Below are positions 9,197 through 18,457 of a DNA stretch of 50,083 nt, in pieces. Below the pieces are notes generated by a model, which did no database searches, was not told the DNA's origin, and saw only the letters and a list, made by a program, of their open reading frames with translations. This stretch comes from Dehalococcoidia bacterium (GTDB lineage Bacteria; Chloroflexota; Dehalococcoidia; Lucifugimonadales; UBA1127). The position numbers and the translations under genes were made by a program. The stretch spans positions 1-50,083 of the forward strand of contig CAVOCU010000002.1 of the NCBI GenBank assembly GCA_963694315.1, written 5' to 3'. The first letter of the stretch is position 1. Each line of letters opens with the position of its first letter.

Positions 9197-9585
9197 CATA
9201 TACAGGGGACTGGCCTGTGGGTCAGTGGGCCAGTGTTTGCTAGTAGCCAGAAGGAGGCGGGGTCTTTAGTCTCCCGGCCAGCAGGCCGCATGCCTGAGAC
9301 TGGCCTGTGGGCCAGAAGCCGACTTTAGTTCGCGCCGGAGCGATATATGCGCGCTTTAGTCTCCGCCAGAGGCAATACGCCGCATGCTACAATGTTTGTA
9401 GTTAAAGGCCAGCGTTGGAGGCACCCTCTCCACGCGCTGGCCCCTTTTGGCGTGTCTGGGACTTTAGTCTCCTCGCACCAGCGACACATATCTGGGACTG
9501 GCCTACGGGCCAGAAGCTTTAGCCCCCCGGCCAGTAGGCCGCATACTCGGCTTTAGTCTCCGCCGGAGGCAACACGCCGCATATT
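9197..9585 (+). repeat. Largest repeat array (about 10 units, all plus orientation) in the proB/mfd divergent gap
   Basis: CTTTAG cores at 9264, 9323, 9354, 9462, 9517 and 9552. D modules (GACTGGCCTRYGGGCCAG) at about 9205, 9297 and 9495. A unique 70-bp island (9387-9456) sits in the middle. Confidence 0.9.
9407..9450 (+). terminator. Orphan terminator-like hairpin inside the repeat array
   Basis: GGCCAGCG-T-TGGAG...CTCCA-CG-CGCTGGCC followed by CCTTTTGG. No plus-strand gene lies upstream. TACAAT occurs at 9388-9393. Confidence 0.35.
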
Positions 9586-9600
9586 ATTCTAGGGGAACAT

Positions 9601-12600
9601 ATGGGGCTTTCCGGGATTTTGGACATCGTTCAGGAATCGCCTACCTACCAGGGGGCGTTAGCAACATTAGCCAGCGCCAGTAACGGTGCTGGGCCTCTTC
9701 ACATTACCGTCCCCGACGCCGCACGAAGCTATCTCATCGCCTGCCTTTGCCGAGATTTGCATCGCACAGTGCTGCTGATAACGGCGAAGCCAGGGGACGC
9801 TGATCGCCTATCCGACGAGCTGGCAACCATCTTCAGCGGAACCGACGGGACGGCCGATGACAGCACGTTCCAGGTGCTTCGACTCCCAGAAAGCGAAGCC
9901 CTTCCCTACGAGCGGCTGGCAGAGGACGCTGCGGTCTCCCACGGTCGGTTGCGCGTGCTATCCGCACTGTTGGAGCAACAAGGTAAAAACTCCACACCAT
10001 CCGCTAGTAACAGTTCTCAAAAATCAGACTCACATAAAGAGAAGGGTCAAGGGCTCGCCCTTGTGGGGTCTGTGGCGGCGCTGGCACAACGGATGCTTCG
10101 CCCCAACGAGTTTGAGGACGCCACCCACGACCTTGCAATAGGACAGCACGTTCAGATAGGGCCGCTGTTGGCCCAGTGGAGCGCAATGGGCTACGTGCTG
10201 GAAGCCACGGTAGAAGTGCCCGGTACAGCCAGTCGCAGAGGCGGCATCCTGGACATCTTCCCCCCAAGCGAAAGTCAGCCCGTCCGTATAGAGCTGTTGG
10301 GCGACACCATTGAGGACATTCGCCCGTTCGATCCCCTCACCCAACGCTCATCGCCGACTATTCACCACATCACCATCTCGCCAGCCCTCGACCACCGAGG
10401 GACGTTGGGGTTGGACGGCGCACGGATAGCCGACACCGCCGGAATGGACGCGCTGTTGGAGCAGCTTGGCGCGGTTCAGCAGACAAATGAGCCCCTGCAA
10501 CGGATGCAGGAAGACTTGGAGCGACTGCGTAGCGGCGAGGTCATAGACGAAGCGGGTTTTTATGCAGGGTTCTTGTGCGATGGCAGCGTCACAGACTACC
10601 TTCCCGCTGACACCGTGATAGTGACGGTGGAACCTGACAGGGTCTCCCAGGAAGCTGAAGAGCTTAGTAACCAGGCAGCAACCCTGCGCGAGGCCAAGAT
10701 TGCGCGTAATGAATTGCCGGAGAGCTTTCCCTCTCCGTGGTGGCCCTGGAGCGTGGTTGAAGAGCATGTCAACAACCACTCCGCCAAATTGCACCTTAAC
10801 TGGCTTACATCGTCAGAAGACAGAACTGCGGGAGGAGGACTGACCGTCACTCCCTCAACCAGCTTCTGGGGGAAATTGGATGCCTTTGCCACAGCAGTAG
10901 GCCATCGAACTCGAGAAGGCGCGCGGGTGGTGATTCTCTCCAACCATGCAGAGCGGTTGCAAGAGGTGTTGGAAGACTACGGCGTTGGCGCAAAGCTCTG
11001 GGTTGACCTTGATGAAGCACCAGAAGTTGGCTCAGTAGCGCTGGTGGCCGCTCCGTTGCCGGAAGGCATGACATTGGAACTCTCCTCTGGCGCGTTGACC
11101 GTCTTCACCGATAACGAGGTCTTCGGACATTCCAAACGTAGACGCTCCCTCCGCAAGCATGCACAGCGCAGAGAGGCTTTCCTCACGGAATTGGTTCCAG
11201 GCACCTACGTGGTGCACGTCGATCACGGCATCGGGCAGTTCACAGGCGTACGTATGGTATCTGGCGAGCACGGTGAGCATGAGTACCTGACACTGGAGTA
11301 CGCGGAGGGCGATAAGCTCTTCGTCCCCTCGGAGCACCTGGACAGACTCTCGCCATACCTTGCCCCCGGCGATAGCTCTCCAACCCTCACTCGATTGGGC
11401 AGCCAGGAATGGGCGAAGGCCAAGGAGCGCGCCCGAACTTCTGCGAAAGAGATGGCTGGCGAGCTGGTGGCCCTCTACGCCGCCCGGCAGGTGCTACCCG
11501 GCCATGCGTTTTCTCCAGACACGGTGTGGCAGAGGGAGATGGAAGACGCTTTCCCTTTCACGGAGACACGAGACCAGTTAGAAGCCATTGACGCGGTAAA
11601 GGACGCAATGGAAGCCCCGCACCCCATGGATCACCTGATATGCGGAGACGTGGGCTACGGGAAAACGGAGATTGCCATTCGCGCCGCGTTCAAAGCCGCA
11701 CAAGACGGCATGCAGGTTGCCATGCTCTGTCCCACCACGGTACTTGCTCAGCAGCACTACACCTCCTTTACCGATAGGCTCAGCCCGTACCCGGTTCGGG
11801 TTGAAGTGCTGAGCCGGTTCCGCACCCCCCAGGAGCAGCAAGAGGTCATTAAGGACTTACGTGAAGGCAAAGTGGACATCCTCATCGGCACGCACCGCAT
11901 CCTCCAGAAGGATGTGCAGTTCAAGAACCTTGGCCTGGTAGTCGTCGACGATGAGCAGCGGTTCGGCGTGGTGCACAAGGAACGGTTCAAGCAGCTACGG
12001 CGTGAAGTGGATGTCCTGACGCTGACGGCTACGCCAATCCCTCGTACCCTCTCAATGGCACTGGCGGGGGTACGCGATATGACCACCGTCCACACACCCC
12101 CGGAATCGCGTCTGCCCGTGCGCACCTTCGTCTCGGATTACGAGGACAGCATTGTGCAGGAAGCGGTTCTGCGAGAGTTGGATCGTGGCGGGCAGGTCTT
12201 CTTCCTCCACAACCGCATCCGCACCATCCATGAATGGGCAAACCGCATCCAGGAGCTTGTGCCCCAGGCGAAAGTGGCCGTAGGGCATGGTCGGATGGAC
12301 GAGGACGAGCTGTCCGGCGTCATGAACTCCTTCATGGACGGCAAAGCAGACGTACTTGTCTCTACCACCATCATCGAGGCGGGTCTAGACTTGCCCAACG
12401 CCAACACCATCATCGTGCATAGGCCGGAGTTGTTGGGGCTTGCGCAGATGTACCAGCTACGAGGCAGGGTAGGCCGAGGGAACCGCCACGCCTATGCCTA
12501 CTTCCTGGTGCCACCCGGCACACGTATGACGGAAGCAGCCCAGAAACGACTGAAAGCCATCGTGGCCTACCAGGAGTTGGGGGCAGGTTTCCGCATTGCC

Positions 12601-13230
12601 ATGAAGGACCTAGAGATACGGGGAGCGGGGAACATCCTGGGGCCAGAGCAGAGTGGACTGGTTCACGCCGTAGGGTTTGACCTGTACACGCGCTTGCTAG
12701 AAGAAGCAGTGGCAGACCTGAAGGCGCAGGATAACGGCGAGTCGCCGGTGCGCCGGGTAGAGCCACCACAAGTTGCCGTAGACCTGCCAATGGAAGCCTT
12801 CATCCCGGAAGACTACATTGAAGACCTCCCAACCAGGCTTGGCGCGTATCAACGACTGGCCCGTGCCGCCGACACCGAGGAAGCTGTCATCATCGGCGAG
12901 GAGCTCCGAGACCGGTTCGGCCCTACACCGGAGGCCGTAGACAACCTGGTGTACGCCGTCAGGATTAAGGTGCTGGCGGGTGCCGCAGATGTGGAGACGG
13001 TCATCTGTGAGGGCCGCATGATTGCCATACGACTGCGTCACGGAGTGGGTGGAGCACGTGCGCTTCTCCAAAAGGATCTTGGCACGGTAGCGCAGGTGGG
13101 AGATTCCCTGGTGCGGTTGCCAATGAAAGGTCAGTGGACGGAGATTCTAGCGTGGGTTCTTGAGCGGATGGCTTCCTTCCGGGAGCGAATGATAGAAATG
13201 GCTGAGGCCGCAGAACAGGCACAAAGCTAG
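9601..13230 (+). CDS. mfd: Transcription-repair coupling factor
   Basis: 1209 aa with Walker A GDVGYGKTE, DEQRFGV, TATPIPRTL and a C-terminal TRCF domain region. Confidence 0.95.
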   Translation: MGLSGILDIVQESPTYQGALATLASASNGAGPLHITVPDAARSYLIACLCRDLHRTVLLITAKPGDADRLSDELATIFSGTDGTADDSTFQVLRLPESEALPYERLAEDAAVSHGRLRVLSALLEQQGKNSTPSASNSSQKSDSHKEKGQGLALVGSVAALAQRMLRPNEFEDATHDLAIGQHVQIGPLLAQWSAMGYVLEATVEVPGTASRRGGILDIFPPSESQPVRIELLGDTIEDIRPFDPLTQRSSPTIHHITISPALDHRGTLGLDGARIADTAGMDALLEQLGAVQQTNEPLQRMQEDLERLRSGEVIDEAGFYAGFLCDGSVTDYLPADTVIVTVEPDRVSQEAEELSNQAATLREAKIARNELPESFPSPWWPWSVVEEHVNNHSAKLHLNWLTSSEDRTAGGGLTVTPSTSFWGKLDAFATAVGHRTREGARVVILSNHAERLQEVLEDYGVGAKLWVDLDEAPEVGSVALVAAPLPEGMTLELSSGALTVFTDNEVFGHSKRRRSLRKHAQRREAFLTELVPGTYVVHVDHGIGQFTGVRMVSGEHGEHEYLTLEYAEGDKLFVPSEHLDRLSPYLAPGDSSPTLTRLGSQEWAKAKERARTSAKEMAGELVALYAARQVLPGHAFSPDTVWQREMEDAFPFTETRDQLEAIDAVKDAMEAPHPMDHLICGDVGYGKTEIAIRAAFKAAQDGMQVAMLCPTTVLAQQHYTSFTDRLSPYPVRVEVLSRFRTPQEQQEVIKDLREGKVDILIGTHRILQKDVQFKNLGLVVVDDEQRFGVVHKERFKQLRREVDVLTLTATPIPRTLSMALAGVRDMTTVHTPPESRLPVRTFVSDYEDSIVQEAVLRELDRGGQVFFLHNRIRTIHEWANRIQELVPQAKVAVGHGRMDEDELSGVMNSFMDGKADVLVSTTIIEAGLDLPNANTIIVHRPELLGLAQMYQLRGRVGRGNRHAYAYFLVPPGTRMTEAAQKRLKAIVAYQELGAGFRIAMKDLEIRGAGNILGPEQSGLVHAVGFDLYTRLLEEAVADLKAQDNGESPVRRVEPPQVAVDLPMEAFIPEDYIEDLPTRLGAYQRLARAADTEEAVIIGEELRDRFGPTPEAVDNLVYAVRIKVLAGAADVETVICEGRMIAIRLRHGVGGARALLQKDLGTVAQVGDSLVRLPMKGQWTEILAWVLERMASFRERMIEMAEAAEQAQS

Positions 13231-13238
13231 CGTTATTG

Positions 13239-13931
13239 CTAGAACCGTAGCTTCAGCAAGTCGCCCGGAGTGCCCACAACTATGTCCGGGTTGGATCGTT
13301 CAGCTCTACTGGCCCCATCGGGTACTCCCCACGTAGCCAAACAACTCCAACGCCCAGCAGCCTTAGCAGCTTGTATGTCTGTGACCGTATCACCAATCAT
13401 CAACGCATTCTCTGGTTAAACGCCTATCCTCTCCAGAGCCATGAGTATCCCTTCCGGGTGAGGCTTCGTTTCTTGGACATCGTCAACCCCGATTACCACG
13501 GGGAACAAACCCGCAAGCTCAAGCTCTTCCATCTCCACAGCCACTCCCGCTAAAACGCCATCTATCTGAAAGTGCCTAATTTTTTGCGTCACGACTGCCA
13601 TCGGGATTTCCTCTCTGGTTAACATAGCTAGAACGTCACTGACATCCGGAAAGAGCTTGAGCAGACCCGGCTCCTTGTTCCAGTACAGGCTCTTATAGCG
13701 TTCGTACAAATCCGGTGGCCTACGTAGGCTCTGTGCCAACGAGGCTAGCGCCAGCCCAAAGGTAGGTTCTCGCAAGTTCAGGAGGAAGTGCTGCGGGTCA
13801 ATGTTGCCAATGTCTGTATCACGGAAGACCTGGGCAAGCGCGGAGGCTCGGGCATCCATCGAGTCGACCAGCGTGTCGTCAAAGTCCCAGACTACCGCTG
13901 AAATCTTCTCTGGATATCTTTCAACGTTCAT
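13239..13931 (-). pseudogene. HAD-IA family hydrolase (phosphoglycolate phosphatase/PpaX-like) interrupted by an in-frame TAA at 13416-13418
   Basis: ORF 13416..13931 has WDFDDTLVDS (DxDxT) and ends ...ALERIGV*. The same frame continues PENALMIGDTVTDIQAAKAAG...KLRF* to TAG at 13239-13241 (hand translation), which is HAD motifs III/IV. Confidence 0.7.
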
Positions 13932-13998
13932 TTTCGGTTCACAACTCGCTTCACGTATTCAGTCCCGCCGCCAACGGCAGCATACCATGCCACCTTCA

Positions 13999-14028
13999 TT
14001 GACACCCCTCACAGGCCAATGGTATTCT
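13999..14028 (+). promoter_or_regulatory. Candidate promoter for the HesB/IscA-like gene
   Basis: TTGACA (13999-14004), an 18-nt spacer, then TATTCT (14023-14028). RBS GGGGAG precedes the ATG at 14091. Confidence 0.35.
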
Positions 14029-14090
14029 GGCTCACAGTGGTGATGTAAAACTGCTATAGTGTGCGGAAGCCTTAAAAGGGGAGAAGCGGA

Positions 14091-14429
14091 ATGATTGAAG
14101 TAACAACAGAAGCAGTTGAGAAGCTAAAGTCCATCATGGTGGATGAAGAGGCCATGGATGCCGCCCTACGGGTGGTTGTCGTTCCCGCCGGCGACGGCGT
14201 GCAGTACATGCTGACCCTGGAGTCCGAGCAGCATGACGACGATGTGCTAACTGAGATTGACGGTGTCCGAGTGTTGGTAGATGCGGACAGCGCCCCAATC
14301 ATGGAAGGCGCCACGATTGACTACGTTGAGGATTTGATGCGCAGTGGGTTCATCATTGATAACCCCAACATTGCCATGTCCACTGGCGGCTGCGGCTGCG
14401 GTGGTAACTGCTCCTGCGGCGGCCACTAA
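14091..14429 (+). CDS. HesB/IscA-family Fe-S cluster insertion protein with Cys/Gly-rich tail
   Basis: The N-terminus MIEVTTEAVEKLKSIM and overall layout match A-type carriers. The C-terminus is GGCGCGGNCSCGGH. The usual first Cys position reads D (PAGDGVQY). Confidence 0.7.
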   Translation: MIEVTTEAVEKLKSIMVDEEAMDAALRVVVVPAGDGVQYMLTLESEQHDDDVLTEIDGVRVLVDADSAPIMEGATIDYVEDLMRSGFIIDNPNIAMSTGGCGCGGNCSCGGH

Positions 14430-14439
14430 GCCTTTAACG

Positions 14440-14496
14440 GAATAGAGCAATAAAAAACCGGCCCTGTTACGGGGCCGGTTTTTTATTGCTCTATTC
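14440..14496. terminator. Bidirectional intrinsic terminator, 24-25-bp perfect inverted repeat between convergent genes
   Basis: GAATAGAGCAATAAAAAACCGGCCC-loop-GGGCCGGTTTTTTATTGCTCTATTC. The A-tract and T-tract flank a GC core. Confidence 0.8.
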
Positions 14497-14512
14497 TTTC
14501 CCCCAGGTATCG

Positions 14513-15388
14513 CTATACCTCTATCTCCTCATCGTCTTCATCCTCTACATCTTCGTCAGAAAGGGCGCGCGTGGAACGCTGCTGTTTCGCTTTGACGGGC
14601 GATGATTCCTCAGAGGAATCATCAGCTAGATCGGCATCAGCCGCGGAAGATGCCCGGCTTCCAGAAGTATCAAATTTCGTACCCTCATCTATATCCAGGT
14701 CCATGTCAGCTATGTACGCTGGCGCACGGCCTTTGGGCGCAGGAAAAGAGACGTATCCTTTCAGCTTGGAAGATTGATACGTCTCTCTAACCACCAAAGT
14801 AACGTTTTTGCCAGATATAGAAGCAACAGCGGCAAGATACTTGTTACCACCATCAAGGAGCTTGATGAGCCTTCCAGCCAGCTTTGGTTCCAGCCGGCCC
14901 AGCCGTTGCCCAACGTGGTTCTGTACTTCTACAGTTGCACCGTCCACCACAAACTCCACAGTGTCACCGCTGGTAATCTGGCCAAGAACGGTGGCAACGC
15001 CCACCCCCAGCAAGGTTGTCGTCGTACTCTTGCCAGACTCGTCAATAAAGACCTGCGGTGCCAGCCGCCCGGTTGTACCAACGAATTTGCTAGATATTGG
15101 CGCGTCCTTAAGGCCCGCCATCCTATCCAGGTTCTTCTTGGCTATGTTGTTAGAGGGTGAAAGCTTCAGGGCGCGTTCCAACGCCTTACGCGCAGCCGCA
15201 TAGTGTCCGGTCTCAGAATGCGCTTTGCCAAGCCGATTCAACGATTCCACATCGTCGGGAAAGGCCTTCAGAAGCTCCTCGTTGGTAGCAACAGCTTCTT
15301 TCCAGCGCCCCTGGCTTGCGAAAGCAATAGCCTGGATGCTCTTGTCCCGTTTAAGCTTGGCCCCTTGTTCCAGTTGGTGGATCTCCAT
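14513..15388 (-). CDS. TPR-repeat protein with acidic C-terminus
   Basis: TPR-like repeats (GRWKEAVATNEELLKAFPDD, GHYAAARKALERALKLSPSN) and a poly-acidic tail. Confidence 0.65.
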   Translation of the reverse strand: MEIHQLEQGAKLKRDKSIQAIAFASQGRWKEAVATNEELLKAFPDDVESLNRLGKAHSETGHYAAARKALERALKLSPSNNIAKKNLDRMAGLKDAPISSKFVGTTGRLAPQVFIDESGKSTTTTLLGVGVATVLGQITSGDTVEFVVDGATVEVQNHVGQRLGRLEPKLAGRLIKLLDGGNKYLAAVASISGKNVTLVVRETYQSSKLKGYVSFPAPKGRAPAYIADMDLDIDEGTKFDTSGSRASSAADADLADDSSEESSPVKAKQQRSTRALSDEDVEDEDDEEIEV

Positions 15389-15480
15389 AACGTTCCTTCA
15401 CATGCGTACTCAAGATGGGAATTCTATGCAGGGAATCACGCCTCTGCGATGCCCTTTTGGCGGCGCTTCCCTGCGTTCTG

Positions 15481-15897
15481 TTATAACTGTCCAGCCTTAG
15501 CCAGAGCCCTATGCTCAATGGCCGTGCACTTGTCCATGACCACGTCCAATTCGGCTTCTTGCGCCAGCTTAGCAGCAGCCTCATTAACGATGCCCAACTG
15601 CATCCACACAGCTTTGGCCCCTACTTGAATGGCCTCATCAATTACAGATGGCACTTCCTCAGAACGACGGAAGATGTCTACCAGTTCCACAGAATACGGA
15701 ATTGCTGTCACATTGGGATAACAACGCTCCCCCAATATCTCTGCAGCGTTTGGGTTTACCGGCACAACGCGATACTCCTGCTCCTGCAAATAGACCGCAA
15801 CTCTATGGCTTGGTCGTGCGGGGCTTGGTGACAACCCGACCACCGCCACGGTCTTGCAGTCTCTCAAGATGTCCTCAATAGTGCGTATAGCTGCCAT
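15481..15897 (-). CDS. CoA-binding domain protein (YccU/YneT-like)
   Basis: KTVAVVGLSPSPARPSH...VDIFRRSEEVP...GAKAVWMQLG, typical of the CoA_binding_2 family. Confidence 0.75.
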   Translation of the reverse strand: MAAIRTIEDILRDCKTVAVVGLSPSPARPSHRVAVYLQEQEYRVVPVNPNAAEILGERCYPNVTAIPYSVELVDIFRRSEEVPSVIDEAIQVGAKAVWMQLGIVNEAAAKLAQEAELDVVMDKCTAIEHRALAKAGQL

Positions 15898-15972
15898 CCA
15901 TAGACGGATTTTGCCTTTGAGTATCGCCAGGGGCTGAGGGTTGTCAAGAGGTATGCGCCGAACAACTTGGCC

Positions 15973-16728
15973 TTAGTCCAACCTGGGCATCCCGCCGAAC
16001 CGAAGCCGCATGAGACCTCGAAGGTCTTCCATAATGGTAGCTACCAGCCGCACCCTGCTGTCAGGGTCGTCTTCCCATGCCACAGGCACCTCACGAATAC
16101 GCATGCCGCGCTTCTCAGCTATGAGCAGCATCTCGGTATCAAGGAAGAACGCGTTGTTCTTCACCTTGGGAAGCAGACGCTGGGCCGCTGCACGGCTGAG
16201 CGCCTTGAACCCGCACTGCATGTCTGTGATTCGAGTCCAGAAAAGCGACTTGATAAGCAGGTTGTAGCCCCGGGAGATAACCTCCCGCTTCAATGTACGT
16301 TTGGATACATACGCACCATTGGCCAAGCGTGACCCAATGGCAAGGTCATATCCGTCATTCAGGATTGCAGACACCAGCGGGGGGAGCGCATTCAAATTCG
16401 TTGAGAGGTCTACGTCCATGTAGCAGAGGACATCGGCGTCGCTGGCAAGCCATGCAGCCTTCAGCGCCCGGCCACGCCCCTTTTGGGCCAAGCGCAACAC
16501 GTGGACTTCCGGGTGGGCTGCTGTCAGAGCCGTTGCCACGGTGAAGGTACCGTCTGTGGATGCGTTGTCCGCCACCAGGATGCGCCACGCCCATGTTGCG
16601 TTGGCCTGCAAGTAGGCAATCAGAGTATCAACGCTACTTGGGAGGTCTGCTTCCTCGTTGTAAACGGGCAGCACGATCTCCACAAGGGGTCCAAGGGGCC
16701 TGGCGGGGGTATCACGTTCGTTAGTCAT
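15973..16728 (-). CDS. Family 2 glycosyltransferase (polyprenyl-phosphate sugar synthase-like)
   Basis: Contains VLPVYNEE, DNASTDGT and the YMDVDLS (DxD) motif. Confidence 0.8.
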   Translation of the reverse strand: MTNERDTPARPLGPLVEIVLPVYNEEADLPSSVDTLIAYLQANATWAWRILVADNASTDGTFTVATALTAAHPEVHVLRLAQKGRGRALKAAWLASDADVLCYMDVDLSTNLNALPPLVSAILNDGYDLAIGSRLANGAYVSKRTLKREVISRGYNLLIKSLFWTRITDMQCGFKALSRAAAQRLLPKVKNNAFFLDTEMLLIAEKRGMRIREVPVAWEDDPDSRVRLVATIMEDLRGLMRLRFGGMPRLD

Positions 16729-16807
16729 ATCAAGGCATCATTGTAGCGCATCAGCGTTGCTGGTTGACCTAATTCGAACACAAAGCCGCCAGCCCAAAGA
16801 GAAGAGT

Positions 16808-16824
16808 CCAGGGCATCGCCCTGG
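16808..16824 (-). terminator. Short hairpin directly after the purH stop
   Basis: CCAGGGC-ATC-GCCCTGG. In the minus-strand sense it is followed by the T-rich ACTCTTCTCTTT. Confidence 0.4.
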
Positions 16825-18354
16825 CTAGTGGAGGAAGTGGCGAACGCCGGTGCACACCATGGCGATGCCAGCCTTGTTGGCAGCCGCTATGACCTCATCG
16901 TCGCGGATGGAGCCGCCTGGCTGCACCACAGCCGTGATTCCGCTCTCAGCAGCCAGCTCAACCCCGTCTGCAAAGGGGAAGAAGGCGTCTGAGGCCAGAA
17001 CAGTACCCGATACACGCTCACCAGCCGCTTTTGCCGCCAGATGGACGCTGGTGATTCGATTAGGCTGGCCTGCTCCCATGCCAATGAGCGCACGGTCTTT
17101 AGCCAGAACAATGGTGTTCGATTTGATGTGCTTGGCTGCTTTCCATGCAAAGACCAGGTCTGCCATCTCCTGCTTGGTGGGAGCGCGTTCCGTGACCGCC
17201 GTCCAACCTTCTGGGTCTTCCTCAAACATGTCTGGCCCTTGGTATAGAAGCCCGCCGGAGACGCGACGCACCTGCAATGGCGTCCCAAGCGGCGGGCTGG
17301 CGGGTTCCGGGGGAACTAGGAGGATGCGGAGGTCTCGCTTCTTCTGCAGCGCTTCCAGCGCAGCAGGCTCATAGCCGGGGGCGACGATGACCTCAAAGAA
17401 GACTTTACGTAGTGCTTCCACAGCCTCGGCGGTGACCGATCGGTTGAAACCCACAATGCCACCATAGGCAGACACTGGGTCACCCGCTAACGCCTTGCGA
17501 AACGCCTCTGCCTGATCATCGTCACAAGCAAGGCCGCAGGAGTTGGTATGTTTGATGATGGAGACCGCCTGCTCAGTGAACTCGTTGGCAGACCGCCATG
17601 CCGCGTCAGCGTCCAAGATGTTGTTATAGGACAGTTCCTTGCCATGTAACTGCTCTGCTGCAACAACGCCACCAGTTGTGGGGGCATTGGCGTAGAGGGC
17701 TGCCTGCTGGTGAGGGTTCTCGCCATACCGTAGCTCTGCCACACGCCGAACACCTACCGTCATCTCCTTGGGGAAGGGGTCGCCCGGGCCTCGCAGCCAG
17801 GAGGCGACGAGGCTGTCATAGAAGGAGACGTGCCCAAAGGCGATAGCGGCAAGCTTACGTCGCTCGTCCGCTGACGTTCCACCCTTGGCAACGCGCTCGG
17901 CCACCCATGCGTAGTCCTCCGGGTCAACGACCACCGTGACTGCCGGATGGTTCTTGGCCGCTGCTCGCAGCATGGTGGGCCCACCAATATCGATGTTCTC
18001 CAGGATTTCCTGGTCGGGAACGCCGTCTCGGGCAACCGTACTCTCAAAGGGGTAGAGGTTCACCACCACCACGTCGATGGTGTCCATGCCATGCTCGCGC
18101 AACTGCGCCATGTGGTCGGGCAAGTCGCGTCGCGCTAGCAGCCCACCGTGGACTACGGGGTGTAGCGTCTTCACGCGACCGTCCAACATCTCAGGAGAGC
18201 CAGTGAGTTCAGACACCTGCTGGACGTTCAGGCCTTCCTTGGTCAGGAGTTCATGGGTGCCGCCGGTGCTGACCAGGCCGTAGCCCGCCGTTTGCAGGGC
18301 ACGAGCCAGTTCAACAACGCCAGTTTTGTCATAGGCACTGATAAGGGCTTTCAT
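16825..18354 (-). CDS. purH: Bifunctional AICAR transformylase / IMP cyclohydrolase
   Basis: 509 aa with an MGS-like N-terminus (MKALISAYDKTG), an AICARFT domain and a C-terminal ...GVRHFLH. Confidence 0.95.
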   Translation of the reverse strand: MKALISAYDKTGVVELARALQTAGYGLVSTGGTHELLTKEGLNVQQVSELTGSPEMLDGRVKTLHPVVHGGLLARRDLPDHMAQLREHGMDTIDVVVVNLYPFESTVARDGVPDQEILENIDIGGPTMLRAAAKNHPAVTVVVDPEDYAWVAERVAKGGTSADERRKLAAIAFGHVSFYDSLVASWLRGPGDPFPKEMTVGVRRVAELRYGENPHQQAALYANAPTTGGVVAAEQLHGKELSYNNILDADAAWRSANEFTEQAVSIIKHTNSCGLACDDDQAEAFRKALAGDPVSAYGGIVGFNRSVTAEAVEALRKVFFEVIVAPGYEPAALEALQKKRDLRILLVPPEPASPPLGTPLQVRRVSGGLLYQGPDMFEEDPEGWTAVTERAPTKQEMADLVFAWKAAKHIKSNTIVLAKDRALIGMGAGQPNRITSVHLAAKAAGERVSGTVLASDAFFPFADGVELAAESGITAVVQPGGSIRDDEVIAAANKAGIAMVCTGVRHFLH

Positions 18355-18457
18355 AGCAATGACCTTCCTTGAGGGATTGGACAGTCACTATGATATCGGA
18401 GGGGAGACCCAATGAGAACCGGTTCACCGAGGGGGTTTTTCCGAGTTTTGAACGCTA

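Noticed and set aside
9197-9585. Tandem units of about 30 bp with a conserved core could be a CRISPR array.
   Set aside because: The units are only 27-35 bp centre to centre and have no unique spacers. The variable parts are a handful of recurring hairpin types. The same modules are scattered at about 18 loci, and no cas genes are present.
13416-13418. In-frame TAA in the HAD gene as programmed read-through or recoding.
   Set aside because: I know of no bacterial TAA recoding system. The surrounding sequence shows no obvious stimulatory structure. A nonsense mutation or a consensus error is the simpler explanation.
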